From Planctomycetota bacterium (GTDB lineage: Bacteria; Planctomycetota; UBA1135; UBA2386): DNA of 64,000 nt. Made by a program: the position numbers and the translations under genes. Positions within the stretch are counted from its first letter, which is position 1; each line of letters begins with the position of its first letter. This document shows positions 47,431 through 56,541 of this stretch, one piece after another. Where the stretch lies: positions 192,001-256,000 of the forward strand of contig JBKAGP010000001.1 in NCBI GenBank assembly GCA_046290465.1, read 5' to 3'. A model generated the notes under the pieces. The model was not told where the DNA came from. It saw only the letters and a list, made by a program, of their open reading frames with translations, and did not search any database.

Positions 47431-48306
47431 CTACCACTTCTTCCTCCCGCGCAGGCGCATGCGCAGCCAGATGGCGATGGCGTTCATCGCGAGCACGACC
47501 AGGATCAGCGTCAGCGCGACCGCGAACGGAACCTCGCGCGGCACGTTGGTCACCTGCGTCGAGACCGTGTAGAGGTGGTACGACAGCGCCATCGTGCGGT
47601 CGAACACCGAGTCCGGGGAGACCAGTCGCAGGAACACCGCGCCGGTGAACATGATCGGCGCGGTCTCGCCGACCGCGCGGCTGACCACCAGGATCAGGCC
47701 GGTCAGGATGCCGCTGACGGAGTTCGGCAGCACGATCGTCGCGATCGTCTGCCAGCGGGTCGCGCCCATGTTCCAGCACGCCTCGCGGAAGCTGTGCGGC
47801 ACCGCCTGCAGCGACTCGCGCGTCGACACGATCACGACCGGCAGCGTCATCACCGCCAGCGTGCAGCCGGCGGCGAGCACCGATTCGCCGAAGTTGAGGA
47901 AGTAGACGAACGCACCGACGCCGAACAGCGCGTGCACGATCGACGGCACGCCGGCGAGGTTGACGATCGCCAGGTTGATCAGGCGGGTCAGCCAGTTGTC
48001 CTTGGCGTACTCGCTGAGGTAGACGGCGGCCGCGACGCCGAGCGGCAGCGCCACCGCCAGCGCGACGCCGGTCAGGCAGACCGTGCCGACCAGCGCCGGC
48101 CAGATGCCGCCCTTGGCGCCGAGTTCGCTCGGCTTGTCGAAGAAGAACGACCACGACAGCGCCGGCCAGCCCTCGACGACCAGCACCGAGAGGATGCCGA
48201 GCACCGGCAGCAGCAGGAACATCACGAAGCCGGCGAACAGCGTGCGCACCAGCTTCTGGGTCGACAGACCCTTCTGCTCCATCTGGGTGGGGACGAAGGT
48301 GCTCAT
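47431..48306 (-). CDS. pstA: Phosphate ABC permease PstA
   Basis: GGIWPALVGT, LAGVPSIV, RAVGETAP. Confidence 0.93.
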   Translation of the reverse strand: MSTFVPTQMEQKGLSTQKLVRTLFAGFVMFLLLPVLGILSVLVVEGWPALSWSFFFDKPSELGAKGGIWPALVGTVCLTGVALAVALPLGVAAAVYLSEYAKDNWLTRLINLAIVNLAGVPSIVHALFGVGAFVYFLNFGESVLAAGCTLAVMTLPVVIVSTRESLQAVPHSFREACWNMGATRWQTIATIVLPNSVSGILTGLILVVSRAVGETAPIMFTGAVFLRLVSPDSVFDRTMALSYHLYTVSTQVTNVPREVPFAVALTLILVVLAMNAIAIWLRMRLRGRKKW

Positions 48307-49256
48307 CGCCGCCCCCGTCCGCGCACGATCCAGTCGGCGACCAGGTTGATCGAGAACGTGATCAGGAACAGCAGCAGGCCGAGCACGAACAGGACCTGGT
48401 AGTGGTCACTGCCGACGGCGGCTTCGCCGAGCTCGGCGGCGATCGTCGCGGTCAGGGTCGCGGCGCTGTCGAACACGCTCTCGGGCGCCATCAGGCGGTG
48501 GCCGCTCGCCATCAACACGGCGATCGTCTCGCCGAACGCGCGGCCGATGCCGAGCAGCACGGCGGCCGACAGGCCCGGCCGGGCGTGCGGCAGCACGACC
48601 TTCCAGATCACCTGCCAGCGGGTCGCGCCGAGCGCTTCGGCGGCCTCGCGGTAGCTGTCCGGCACGGCCTTCAGTGCGTCCTCGGCGATGGTGGTGATGA
48701 TCGGTGCAGCCATCAGCCCGAGGATCAGGCCGGCGTTGAGCACGTTGAGGCCGACCTGCACGCCGAACGTGTCCTTGATCCACGGCGCGATCACCGCGAG
48801 GCCGATCACGCCCCAGACCACCGACGGGATCGCCGCCAGCAGTTCGATGACGATCTTGAGCCACTCGCGCTGCTTGCCGCGCGCGAACTCGCCGACGTAG
48901 ACGGCCGCGCAGAACGCCAGCGGCACCGCGATCAGCATCGCGACCACGGTGATCCAGGCGGTGCCCGCGATCAGCGGCATCGCGCCGTAGCTCGGCGGCT
49001 TGGCGGTCGGCTCCCATCGGTCGCCGAACAGCAGTTCGCTGATCGACAGGCGATCGAAGGCGAACTCGGCGCCCTGCGAGAAGATGAACAGGAAGATCGC
49101 GCCGATGAACAGGATCGCCGACACGCCGCCGATCGAGACGAGGCTGCGGGCGCCGAAGTCCCGCCACCACGCGCCGTCGCGTCGGTCGAGGCTCTGCAGG
49201 CGCTTGGCCGTCGCTGCCGGGTCGCTACCAGGTGGGGGAGAGCTCGCGTCGGTCAC
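48303..49256 (-). CDS. pstC: Phosphate ABC permease PstC
   Basis: W.PT, IELLAAIPSVVWG, EAAEALGATRW, GRAFGET, TLTATIAAE. Confidence 0.93.
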   Translation of the reverse strand: MTDASSPPPGSDPAATAKRLQSLDRRDGAWWRDFGARSLVSIGGVSAILFIGAIFLFIFSQGAEFAFDRLSISELLFGDRWEPTAKPPSYGAMPLIAGTAWITVVAMLIAVPLAFCAAVYVGEFARGKQREWLKIVIELLAAIPSVVWGVIGLAVIAPWIKDTFGVQVGLNVLNAGLILGLMAAPIITTIAEDALKAVPDSYREAAEALGATRWQVIWKVVLPHARPGLSAAVLLGIGRAFGETIAVLMASGHRLMAPESVFDSAATLTATIAAELGEAAVGSDHYQVLFVLGLLLFLITFSINLVADWIVRGRGRR

Positions 49257-49258
49257 GG

Positions 49259-50323
49259 TCAGCTCGCTTGTTCGCCGCGGAGGTTCTCCATCAGCTCGCG
49301 GATCATGGGGGTCAGTTGGCGGTAGACGCTCTCCGGGCCGTCGCTCGGGTCGACCTGCCAGGTGATCATCGTGGTGTGGAACGGCAGCCGGCCGAGCCGG
49401 TCGCGGATGCTCGGCTCGAGCCCGACTACCAGGTCGTAGTCGATCAGCTCCTCGCGCATCGTGTCGAACCCGACCGGCCAGGCGCGCCCGAGGTCGATGC
49501 CGACGCTGCCGGCGAACGTGGCGAAGTCGGCGTCCAGCTCTTCGCCCGGTTCGAGGCCGGCGCTGCGGTAGCGGCCGCTGTTGGGGAACGCCTTGGTCGT
49601 GAAGTGCTCGGCGAGCTGGCTGGTGCCGGTGTTGAGCTCGTCGACGAACAGGATGTTGAAGGTCTTCTCGCCCTTGGTCTTGCCGTTGACGACGAACACC
49701 GTCTCTTCGCAGATGTTCTTCGCCTGGTGGATGACGCGCTCGAGCCGGTTGAACGTCGCCATCAGCGCGAACAGCTCCGATGACGGTCGGCTGTTGGCCT
49801 CGCCCTCGCGGGCCAGGTCGGTGAACACCCGGTCGAAGTAGCGGGCGAACTGCGAGGCGTTGGCCAGCGTCGACATCGCCAGCTCGACCTCGCGCGACGT
49901 GAAGCTGCGCAGCGCGTCGGCGAGCAGGCGATGGGCCTGTTCGGCCATCATCTCGATGTCGCGCGCGACCACCGGCGGCGGCGGCGTCGACAGCTGCGCG
50001 GCGGTGCGCGAGATCGTCGTGGCGTAGTCGCCGATGCGCTCGAGGCCGATGCTCAGCCGTAGCACCGCCGACACCGTGCGCAGGTGGCCGGCGCTCGGCA
50101 GGTGGCGGGCGACGAACGCGTGGCACAGGCGATCGAGCTCGCGCGTCTGCCGGTTGGTGGTGTAGTCGCCGAGGATCGTCTGCGCGGCGAGCTCCTTGTC
50201 GACCTGCAGCACGGCGCGCACCGACTGGTCGAGCGCCTTCAGGATCGATTGTCCGACGATGCCGACCAGCTCGTCGATCCAGTTGAGGTCTCGTACCAGG
50301 CGTTCTTCGTAGTGGCTCGTCAC
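49259..50323 (-). CDS. phoU: PhoU fused to a degenerate LMW-PTP/ArsC-like domain
   Basis: LERIGDYA and LERV..QAKNICEE (PhoU repeats); C-terminal NILFVDELNTGTSQLAE...SAG..P; start inferred at GTG 50323. Confidence 0.85.
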   Translation of the reverse strand: MTSHYEERLVRDLNWIDELVGIVGQSILKALDQSVRAVLQVDKELAAQTILGDYTTNRQTRELDRLCHAFVARHLPSAGHLRTVSAVLRLSIGLERIGDYATTISRTAAQLSTPPPPVVARDIEMMAEQAHRLLADALRSFTSREVELAMSTLANASQFARYFDRVFTDLAREGEANSRPSSELFALMATFNRLERVIHQAKNICEETVFVVNGKTKGEKTFNILFVDELNTGTSQLAEHFTTKAFPNSGRYRSAGLEPGEELDADFATFAGSVGIDLGRAWPVGFDTMREELIDYDLVVGLEPSIRDRLGRLPFHTTMITWQVDPSDGPESVYRQLTPMIRELMENLRGEQAS

Positions 50324-50533
50324 GTCTCGTTCTGCTTCCTTCCCCGGCGCGGGGGAACGCAGCAGTGTGGCGGCGCCGTCTGTGCGCGTAAAGCTCCGCC
50401 CCCGAATCGTGGCGACGATCCGGTCGAACAGCGTCGGCGCGTCGAGCCTCGGCTGCGGTGCCTCACGCACCGTGGCTCCCGTGTTCGGCGTGGTGCACGG
50501 CGGGGTTCCCAGCGGGGCTCACAGCGGCGGGGC

Positions 50534-51397
50534 TCACAGCGGGCGCACCGGCGAGTAGCCGCGGTTCTTCAGGACCGTCTGGCCGTCGTCGCCGAGGATC
50601 CAGTCGAGGTACTCCTTGACGGCGCCCTGCGGCTGGCCGTTGGTGTACATGTAGAGCGGGCGCGAGATCGGGTAGCTGCGGTCGAGGATCGTGTCGTTCG
50701 ACGGCGTCACCGGCTCGCCGCCGCCCTTGTTGACGACCGGCAGCAGCCGCACGTGCTCGGTCGCGTAGGCGAGGCCGCTGTAGCCGATCGCGTTGAGGCT
50801 GCCGCTGCAGAACTCGACCACGTCCTTGCTGCCGTTGAGGTTCAGGCAGCGCGGCTTGAAGCGGCCCTTCTTGCCGAGCACCGCCTCGCGGAAGTACTCG
50901 TAGGTGCCGCTGTTGTTCTGGCGGCTGACCAGCACGACCTCGTTGTCCTGCTCGTTGCCGAAGTCGACGCCGAGCTGGGTCCAGTTCTCGAGTTCGCCGC
51001 CGTCGCCGAACAGCGCGTCGAGCTGCTCCATGGTGATCGACTGCAGCGGGTTGTCCTTGTGCACGTAGACCGCGATGCCGTCGAAGCCGACGATGTGCTC
51101 GACCGGCTCCTGGCCGAGCGCGCGGGCGCGCTTGTCCTCGGACGGCTTCAGCTTGCGCGAGCTGTTGGCGAGGTCGATCGTGCCCGAGATGACGTTGGCG
51201 ATGCCGGTGCCGGAGCCGCCGCCGGAGACCGAGATGACGATGTGGTCGGTGACCTTGTCGTAGGCCTCGGCCCAGGCGCCGGCGACCTCCAGCATGGTGT
51301 CGCTACCCTTGTTGCAGACCTCGGTGTAGCTGCGGCCGGACTTCCAGAAGCAGCCGGTCAGAAGGCAGCTGAGCAGGGCGACGAGGGCGATCTTCAC
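50534..51397 (-). CDS. pstS: Phosphate-binding lipoprotein PstS
   Basis: Lipobox LTGC, GSDTM, GGGSGTG, SRQNNSGTYEYF, YPISRPLY. Confidence 0.93.
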   Translation of the reverse strand: MKIALVALLSCLLTGCFWKSGRSYTEVCNKGSDTMLEVAGAWAEAYDKVTDHIVISVSGGGSGTGIANVISGTIDLANSSRKLKPSEDKRARALGQEPVEHIVGFDGIAVYVHKDNPLQSITMEQLDALFGDGGELENWTQLGVDFGNEQDNEVVLVSRQNNSGTYEYFREAVLGKKGRFKPRCLNLNGSKDVVEFCSGSLNAIGYSGLAYATEHVRLLPVVNKGGGEPVTPSNDTILDRSYPISRPLYMYTNGQPQGAVKEYLDWILGDDGQTVLKNRGYSPVRPL

Positions 51398-51490
51398 GGT
51401 GGTCGAGGGGCAGCGAGGGGTGGCCGGAGCGGCCGCGGGCGCGGTTCCGGGGTGACGTATGCTGCACGCCGTCATCAAGGCCCCTCGGAG

Positions 51491-51512
51491 ACTTGATGAA
51501 GAAACGATGAAG
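51491..51512 (-). promoter_or_regulatory. Candidate Pho box upstream of pstS
   Basis: Minus strand CTTCATCGTTT-CTTCATCAAGT: two TCAT-core units with 11-bp spacing about 95 bp upstream of pstS. Confidence 0.55.
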
Positions 51513-51520
51513 GATGCCGC

Positions 51521-52606
51521 TCAGCCGGTCGTGCGGGAGGCGCTGCCGCCGGTCGCCGGGCGCGGCGAACGATGCCGCGCGATCGGCGGGGTCTGCGGGG
51601 CGTCGTCCATCGGCACCAGCGGCGGCAGGCCGTTGGCGTCGACCTGCTCCCCGGGCGGGCGGTGGCGGAAGCGGCGGCTCTGCCAGAACCACTGCTCGGG
51701 CGCTTCGACGATGCCCTGGCCGAGCGCCTTGTTGATGCGGGTCGTGATCGCGACCAGGTCGCGCTCGCGGTCGCCGGTGCCGGCCTCGCGCACGATGTCG
51801 AACACCCGCAGCCGGTAGCGCATCCGGCCGGTGCGCAGCACGGCGACCACGGCGATCGGCGCGCCGGTCGACAGGTGCAGCAGGGCCGGCGTCGCGACGG
51901 TGCGCGCCGAGATGCCGAGGAACGGCGCGACCACGGCGCTGTGCTTGCCGCCGCCGTCGGACAGCAGCCCGATGACCTGCTTGTCCTCGAGCGTCTTCTT
52001 CAGGGTCCACATGACCTTCTTGCGCGCGACGACGGTCTGGCCGGTGCCGGTGCGCAGCCGTTCGATCAGGCGGTTGAGCGCCGGCAGCGGGCTCGGCCGG
52101 AACACCGACGTGATCGGCAGGCCGAGCAGGCCGGCGACGTAGCCGCTGACGTCCCAGACGCCGACGTGGCCGGTCGCGAAGATCAGCCCGTTGCCCTCCT
52201 CGTAGAGTTCCTGCAGCTGCGGGTACTCGTCGAGGTCGCAGTGCAGGTGCAAGTTGTCGGCGGTGATCCGACGCATGCGGCAGAAGTCGATCATGATCCA
52301 CGCGATGTGGCGCGACCACTTCCACATGTGGCCCTTCGGGCGATGCGGGCCGAGCTGCGAGCCCTCGCGGAAGGCCAGCCGCGTGTTGCGCCAGTAGCCG
52401 CTGGAGCGGCGGCCGCGGCGGTCGTGCAGCGACCAGTAGAGCCACCACGGGATCGCCAGCAGGTCGCCGAGCGCATAGGCGAGCCAGCTCGGCAGGATCG
52501 AGATCGACCAGATCAGCGCAGCCAGCAGACCGACGACGACCCGCTGCCAGAGCGCCTCGCGCGGCGGCTTCTTCGGGCTCGGGTCGATGGCGTCCGTCTC
52601 GGTCAT
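51521..52606 (-). CDS. Lipid A lauroyl-type (LpxL-family) acyltransferase
   Basis: TGHVGVWD, LLSD, FLG, PEQWFWQSRRF. Confidence 0.85.
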   Translation of the reverse strand: MTETDAIDPSPKKPPREALWQRVVVGLLAALIWSISILPSWLAYALGDLLAIPWWLYWSLHDRRGRRSSGYWRNTRLAFREGSQLGPHRPKGHMWKWSRHIAWIMIDFCRMRRITADNLHLHCDLDEYPQLQELYEEGNGLIFATGHVGVWDVSGYVAGLLGLPITSVFRPSPLPALNRLIERLRTGTGQTVVARKKVMWTLKKTLEDKQVIGLLSDGGGKHSAVVAPFLGISARTVATPALLHLSTGAPIAVVAVLRTGRMRYRLRVFDIVREAGTGDRERDLVAITTRINKALGQGIVEAPEQWFWQSRRFRHRPPGEQVDANGLPPLVPMDDAPQTPPIARHRSPRPATGGSASRTTG

Positions 52607-53901
52607 TGCGCCGCTGCTACGCGGTTGGATGGCAACCGCACCATCAAAAGGCACAGCAGGCCCAGCAGCAACTGCGAGCTCTGCGCGAGCATCGCCGGCT
52701 TGCTGCCGAACTCGTCGTGCACCAGGCCGTAGACGACGCCGCCGATCACCGACAGCTTGACCGTGATGCCGTAGAGGCCGAAGTACTGGCCGATCTTGTC
52801 GGGTGGCGCCAGCAGCACCACGACCTTGCGCCCGGCGGTCCAGATCCCGGTCAGCCCGAAAGCGCCGAGCGCGACCAGCGTGCACAGGTAGCCGATCGGG
52901 CTGACGCCGCCGAACCAGGCGCCGCCGGCGAGCGCGAACAGCAGGCCAACGGCGCTGACGCGCAGGACGGCGAGCGGCGCGCGGTCGGTCCAGCGGCCGA
53001 TGCTGATGCCGACGAGCATCGCGATGACGTTGAGGCAGAGGCCGGCGATCTGCATGAACTCGTCGATGCCCGCCTCGCCCTGGAAGGTCGCGCCGAACAG
53101 GTCGACCCCGGTTTCGGCCTTGGCGGCGAACACGTCCTTGGTGAAGTCGGCGAAGTAGAGCACCGCGGTGTTGAGCACGTCGACGAGGAAGAAGTTGCCG
53201 ATCAGGAACCACATCAGCGCCGGATGCCGGGGCAGCGTGCGCACGGTCTCGAGCAGCCGGCCGTTGGCCTCGCGCAGGATCGGGCCGAGCGGGCCGCCGA
53301 CGCGCGGCGCGGCGCGCCGTTCGCGCACGAACAGCAGGCACGGCAGCGCCAGCACGGCGAACAGCGCGGCGGCGATCAGGAAGAACGAGCGCTCGCCGGC
53401 GGGAAGCGTCAGCAAAGACACCAGCACCAGGATCGTGCCGAGGTAGCCGACGCCGACGCCGAGGCCGCTGACCCGTCCGGCGCGTTCGGGCGGCGCGACC
53501 GAGGTCAGCAGCGCGTTGTAGAACAGCAGCGCGAGGTTGTAGCAGAGGTTGGCGGCGAAGAAGCAGAGCAGCAGCCAGCCGCCGCCCCAGTCGAGGCTCC
53601 AGCCGGCGAGCGCCGTGATGCACAGGCCGGTGGTGACGATCAGGTAGCGGCTGGTGCGGCCGGTGGTGTCGACCAGCGCGCCGAAGAACGGCACCAGCAG
53701 GCCGGCGGCGACCATCGACAGGAAGTTGGTGATGCCGTGGCCGCTGAGGCCGCCGAGCACCTCCTTGGCGTACGGCGTGAACACGAACGTCACCGTCGCG
53801 ATGTAGACGGTGTTGGCCAGGTCGTACAGCACCCACGACCCGACGCGCAGCGGCGACGTCTGCACGGCGTCGTCCGCGTCGGTCTTGTCGGTGTCGGCCA
53901 T
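52603..53901 (-). CDS. MFS transporter (UMF1/ATG22-like)
   Basis: SWVLYDLAN, FYNALL, GRVSG.G...GYLG, GQYFGLY; about 12 TM segments. Confidence 0.88.
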   Translation of the reverse strand: MADTDKTDADDAVQTSPLRVGSWVLYDLANTVYIATVTFVFTPYAKEVLGGLSGHGITNFLSMVAAGLLVPFFGALVDTTGRTSRYLIVTTGLCITALAGWSLDWGGGWLLLCFFAANLCYNLALLFYNALLTSVAPPERAGRVSGLGVGVGYLGTILVLVSLLTLPAGERSFFLIAAALFAVLALPCLLFVRERRAAPRVGGPLGPILREANGRLLETVRTLPRHPALMWFLIGNFFLVDVLNTAVLYFADFTKDVFAAKAETGVDLFGATFQGEAGIDEFMQIAGLCLNVIAMLVGISIGRWTDRAPLAVLRVSAVGLLFALAGGAWFGGVSPIGYLCTLVALGAFGLTGIWTAGRKVVVLLAPPDKIGQYFGLYGITVKLSVIGGVVYGLVHDEFGSKPAMLAQSSQLLLGLLCLLMVRLPSNRVAAAQ

Positions 53902-54001
53902 CCGCGCAGTGTGCCGACTCCGCGCCGCGTAACCAGCCGCAGGTCGTGTCGGTGCGCGGAAAACCCGTGCGTGCGAACCGCACGGCGGCGAGGATCCCGG
54001 C

Positions 54002-54652
54002 ATGAACGTATCGGATGTGATGTGCAAGGAGCCGCGCGCGGTCCGCATGGTCGACACGCTCGACGCCGCGGCGCAGGTGCTCTGGGATCGGGATTGTGGC
54101 TTCGTGCCGGTGACCGACGGCGCCGACGTGCTGGTCGGAGTGTTGACCGATCGCGACCTCTGCATGGCCAGCTACACCCAGGGCAAGCCGCTCGCCGAGG
54201 TGCCGGTGCTGGTCGCGATGGCGCGCGAACTGACCACGTGCGGTCCCGACGACGAGCTCAAGGACGCGATGAAGGTGATGGCGACGGCGCGCGTGCACCG
54301 GCTGCCGGTGATCGACGAGCGCGGTGTGCTGTGCGGGGTGCTGTCGAGCAACGACCTGGTGCACGCCAGCATGGCGCGGCCGGCGGCGTTGGCGCAGAAG
54401 GCGGTGATGGAGACGCTGGCGGCGATCAAGGAGCCACGCGATGGCGTGCGTTCGTTCGGCGCGACGTCGACGCGCAAGGCGCGCGCCGCGAAGGCGACGG
54501 CCAGCAAGGGGGCGAGCAGCAAGCGGACGACCCGCAAGGCATCGACGGGCAAGGCATCGACTGGCAAGTCGTCGACCGGCAGGGCGTCGAGCAAGGCGCG
54601 CACCAGCAAGGCGCGGCCGGCGAAGGCCCGCTCCAGCAAGGGCAAGGCGTAG
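54002..54652 (+). CDS. CBS-domain protein with a Lys/Arg/Ala/Ser-rich tail
   Basis: DCGFVPV, GVLTDRDL, VHRLPVID, GVLSSNDL; tail of K-x4 pentapeptides. Confidence 0.88.
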   Translation: MNVSDVMCKEPRAVRMVDTLDAAAQVLWDRDCGFVPVTDGADVLVGVLTDRDLCMASYTQGKPLAEVPVLVAMARELTTCGPDDELKDAMKVMATARVHRLPVIDERGVLCGVLSSNDLVHASMARPAALAQKAVMETLAAIKEPRDGVRSFGATSTRKARAAKATASKGASSKRTTRKASTGKASTGKSSTGRASSKARTSKARPAKARSSKGKA

Positions 54653-54671
54653 GCTCCGAGGCGTCGCCCGC

Positions 54672-55796
54672 ATGGCCGTGTCGTTCACCGTGAGCTCCGA
54701 GACGGCGTCGAACGGACGCCACCGGGTGGCGATCGCGGGTGCGGTGACGCTGGTCGAAGGACGCCGGCTGTGGCGCGAGGTGCCCGACGCGTTCGGGCCG
54801 GCGCAGCTCGCCGACCTCGACCTGTCGGCGGTCGTGCGGCTCGACGGCGGCTCGGCCGCGCTGCTGGCGGCGATGGTCACCCAGCTGCGCGCCGAGGGCC
54901 GCGAGGTCGAGGTCGTCGGCGCCAGCGGTGAGACCTCGCAAATGCTGAAGCTCTACGACTGTACCCGCAGCGTGCCGTGCGAGCGCGAGACGCCCAAGCA
55001 CCCGGGCGTGATCACCGAGACCGGCAACGTCGTGGTGGCGGTGCTCGAGGGGGCCCGCGCGATCCTCGAGTTCGTCGGCGACTTCGTGGTCGGCATCGTG
55101 AACGCGCTGCGCCGACCGGCGAGCGTGCACTTCGGGCAGTTCTGGAACCTGATCGAACGCGCCGGCGCCGACGGCGTGCCGATCGTGCTGCTGATCAACT
55201 TCCTGGTCGGCGGCATCCTCGGCCTGCAGGGCGCGATCCAGCTGCACCGGTTCGGCGCCGACCAGTTCCTGGCCGACATGGTGGGCCTCGCGATGGTGCG
55301 CGAACTCGGGCCGCTGATGACCGCGATCCTGGTGACCGGCCGCAGCGGTGCCGCCTACGCCGCCGAGCTCGGCACGATGAAGGTCAACGAGGAGATCGAC
55401 GCGCTGCGCACGCTCGGCCAGGATCCGCAGCGGTTCCTGGTGTTCCCGCGCGTCTTGACGCTGGTGCTGGTGGTGCCGCTGCTGACGCTGCTCGGCAACC
55501 TGGTCGGCGCGGTCGGTGGCTGGGCGATCGCGGTCGGCTACCTCGACCAGCCGACGGTCGTGTACCTGCAGGCGCTGCAGGCGGCGGTCGACCTCGGCGA
55601 CCTCGGCACCGGCCTGCTCAAGTCGCTCGGCTTCGCCGGCGCGATCGGCCTGGTCGCCTGCCAGCGTGGCCTCGCGACCACCGGCGGCGCCGACGGGGTC
55701 GGCCGCGCGACCACCTCGGCGGTGGTGACGTCGCTGTTCCTGCTGGTCGTGCTCGACGCGCTGTTCACGTGGGCCTTCACCCTGTTGGATTGGTGA
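54672..55796 (+). CDS. mlaE: STAS + MlaE-family permease
   Basis: RELGPLMTAILVTGRSGAAYAAELGTMKVNEEIDAL, GVGRATT.AVV. Confidence 0.92.
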   Translation: MAVSFTVSSETASNGRHRVAIAGAVTLVEGRRLWREVPDAFGPAQLADLDLSAVVRLDGGSAALLAAMVTQLRAEGREVEVVGASGETSQMLKLYDCTRSVPCERETPKHPGVITETGNVVVAVLEGARAILEFVGDFVVGIVNALRRPASVHFGQFWNLIERAGADGVPIVLLINFLVGGILGLQGAIQLHRFGADQFLADMVGLAMVRELGPLMTAILVTGRSGAAYAAELGTMKVNEEIDALRTLGQDPQRFLVFPRVLTLVLVVPLLTLLGNLVGAVGGWAIAVGYLDQPTVVYLQALQAAVDLGDLGTGLLKSLGFAGAIGLVACQRGLATTGGADGVGRATTSAVVTSLFLLVVLDALFTWAFTLLDW

Positions 55797-55797
55797 C

Positions 55798-56541
55798 ATG
55801 CGGAAGGTGCTCGAGGTGCGCGACCTGGCGATCGGACACGGCGGCGAGGTGCTGCTGGACGAGCTCGCGTTCGACGTGCTGCGCGGCCAGGTGTTCGCGA
55901 TCCTCGGCGCCTCGGGCTGCGGCAAGTCGACGCTGCTGCGCACGTTGATCGGCCTGCAGGCGCCGCTCGGTGGGCGCGTGCACTTCACCGGGGTCGGCAC
56001 GCCGCAGGACGCGATGATGCCGCCGCGGTTCGGGGTCGTGTTCCAGTCGGCGGCGCTGTTCGGCTCGTCGACGCTGCTGCAGAACGTGCTGCTGCCGCTG
56101 CAGAAGTGGACCGGCCTCAGCAAGGACGCCGCCCACGTGGTCGCGATGGGGCGGCTGCGCCTGGTCGGCCTCGAACGCTACGCCAACCACCTGCCGTCCG
56201 AGGTCTCCGGCGGCATGCGCAAGCGCGCCGGCATCGCGCGCGCGCTGGCGCTCGATCCGCCGCTGCTGTTCCTCGACGAACCGTCGGCCGGCCTCGATCC
56301 GATCACCGCCGCCGAACTCGACGAACTGATCGTGACGCTGGCCCGCGGCCTGCAGGTTACGATCGTGCTGGTGACGCACGAACTGCCCTCCATCCGTCGC
56401 GTCGCCGACCAGTGCATCATGCTGGACCGCGAAGCGGGCGGCATCATCGCGCGGGGCAGTCCGCGCGCCTTGTCCGAGCGGCCCAACGACGCGCGCGTGC
56501 GCGCGTTCTTCGGTCGCCAACCGCTGCAGGAGCATCTGTGA
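55798..56541 (+). CDS. mlaF: MlaF-like ABC ATPase
   Basis: GASGCGKS, VSGGMRKRAGIARAL, DEPSAGLDP. Confidence 0.9.
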   Translation: MRKVLEVRDLAIGHGGEVLLDELAFDVLRGQVFAILGASGCGKSTLLRTLIGLQAPLGGRVHFTGVGTPQDAMMPPRFGVVFQSAALFGSSTLLQNVLLPLQKWTGLSKDAAHVVAMGRLRLVGLERYANHLPSEVSGGMRKRAGIARALALDPPLLFLDEPSAGLDPITAAELDELIVTLARGLQVTIVLVTHELPSIRRVADQCIMLDREAGGIIARGSPRALSERPNDARVRAFFGRQPLQEHL

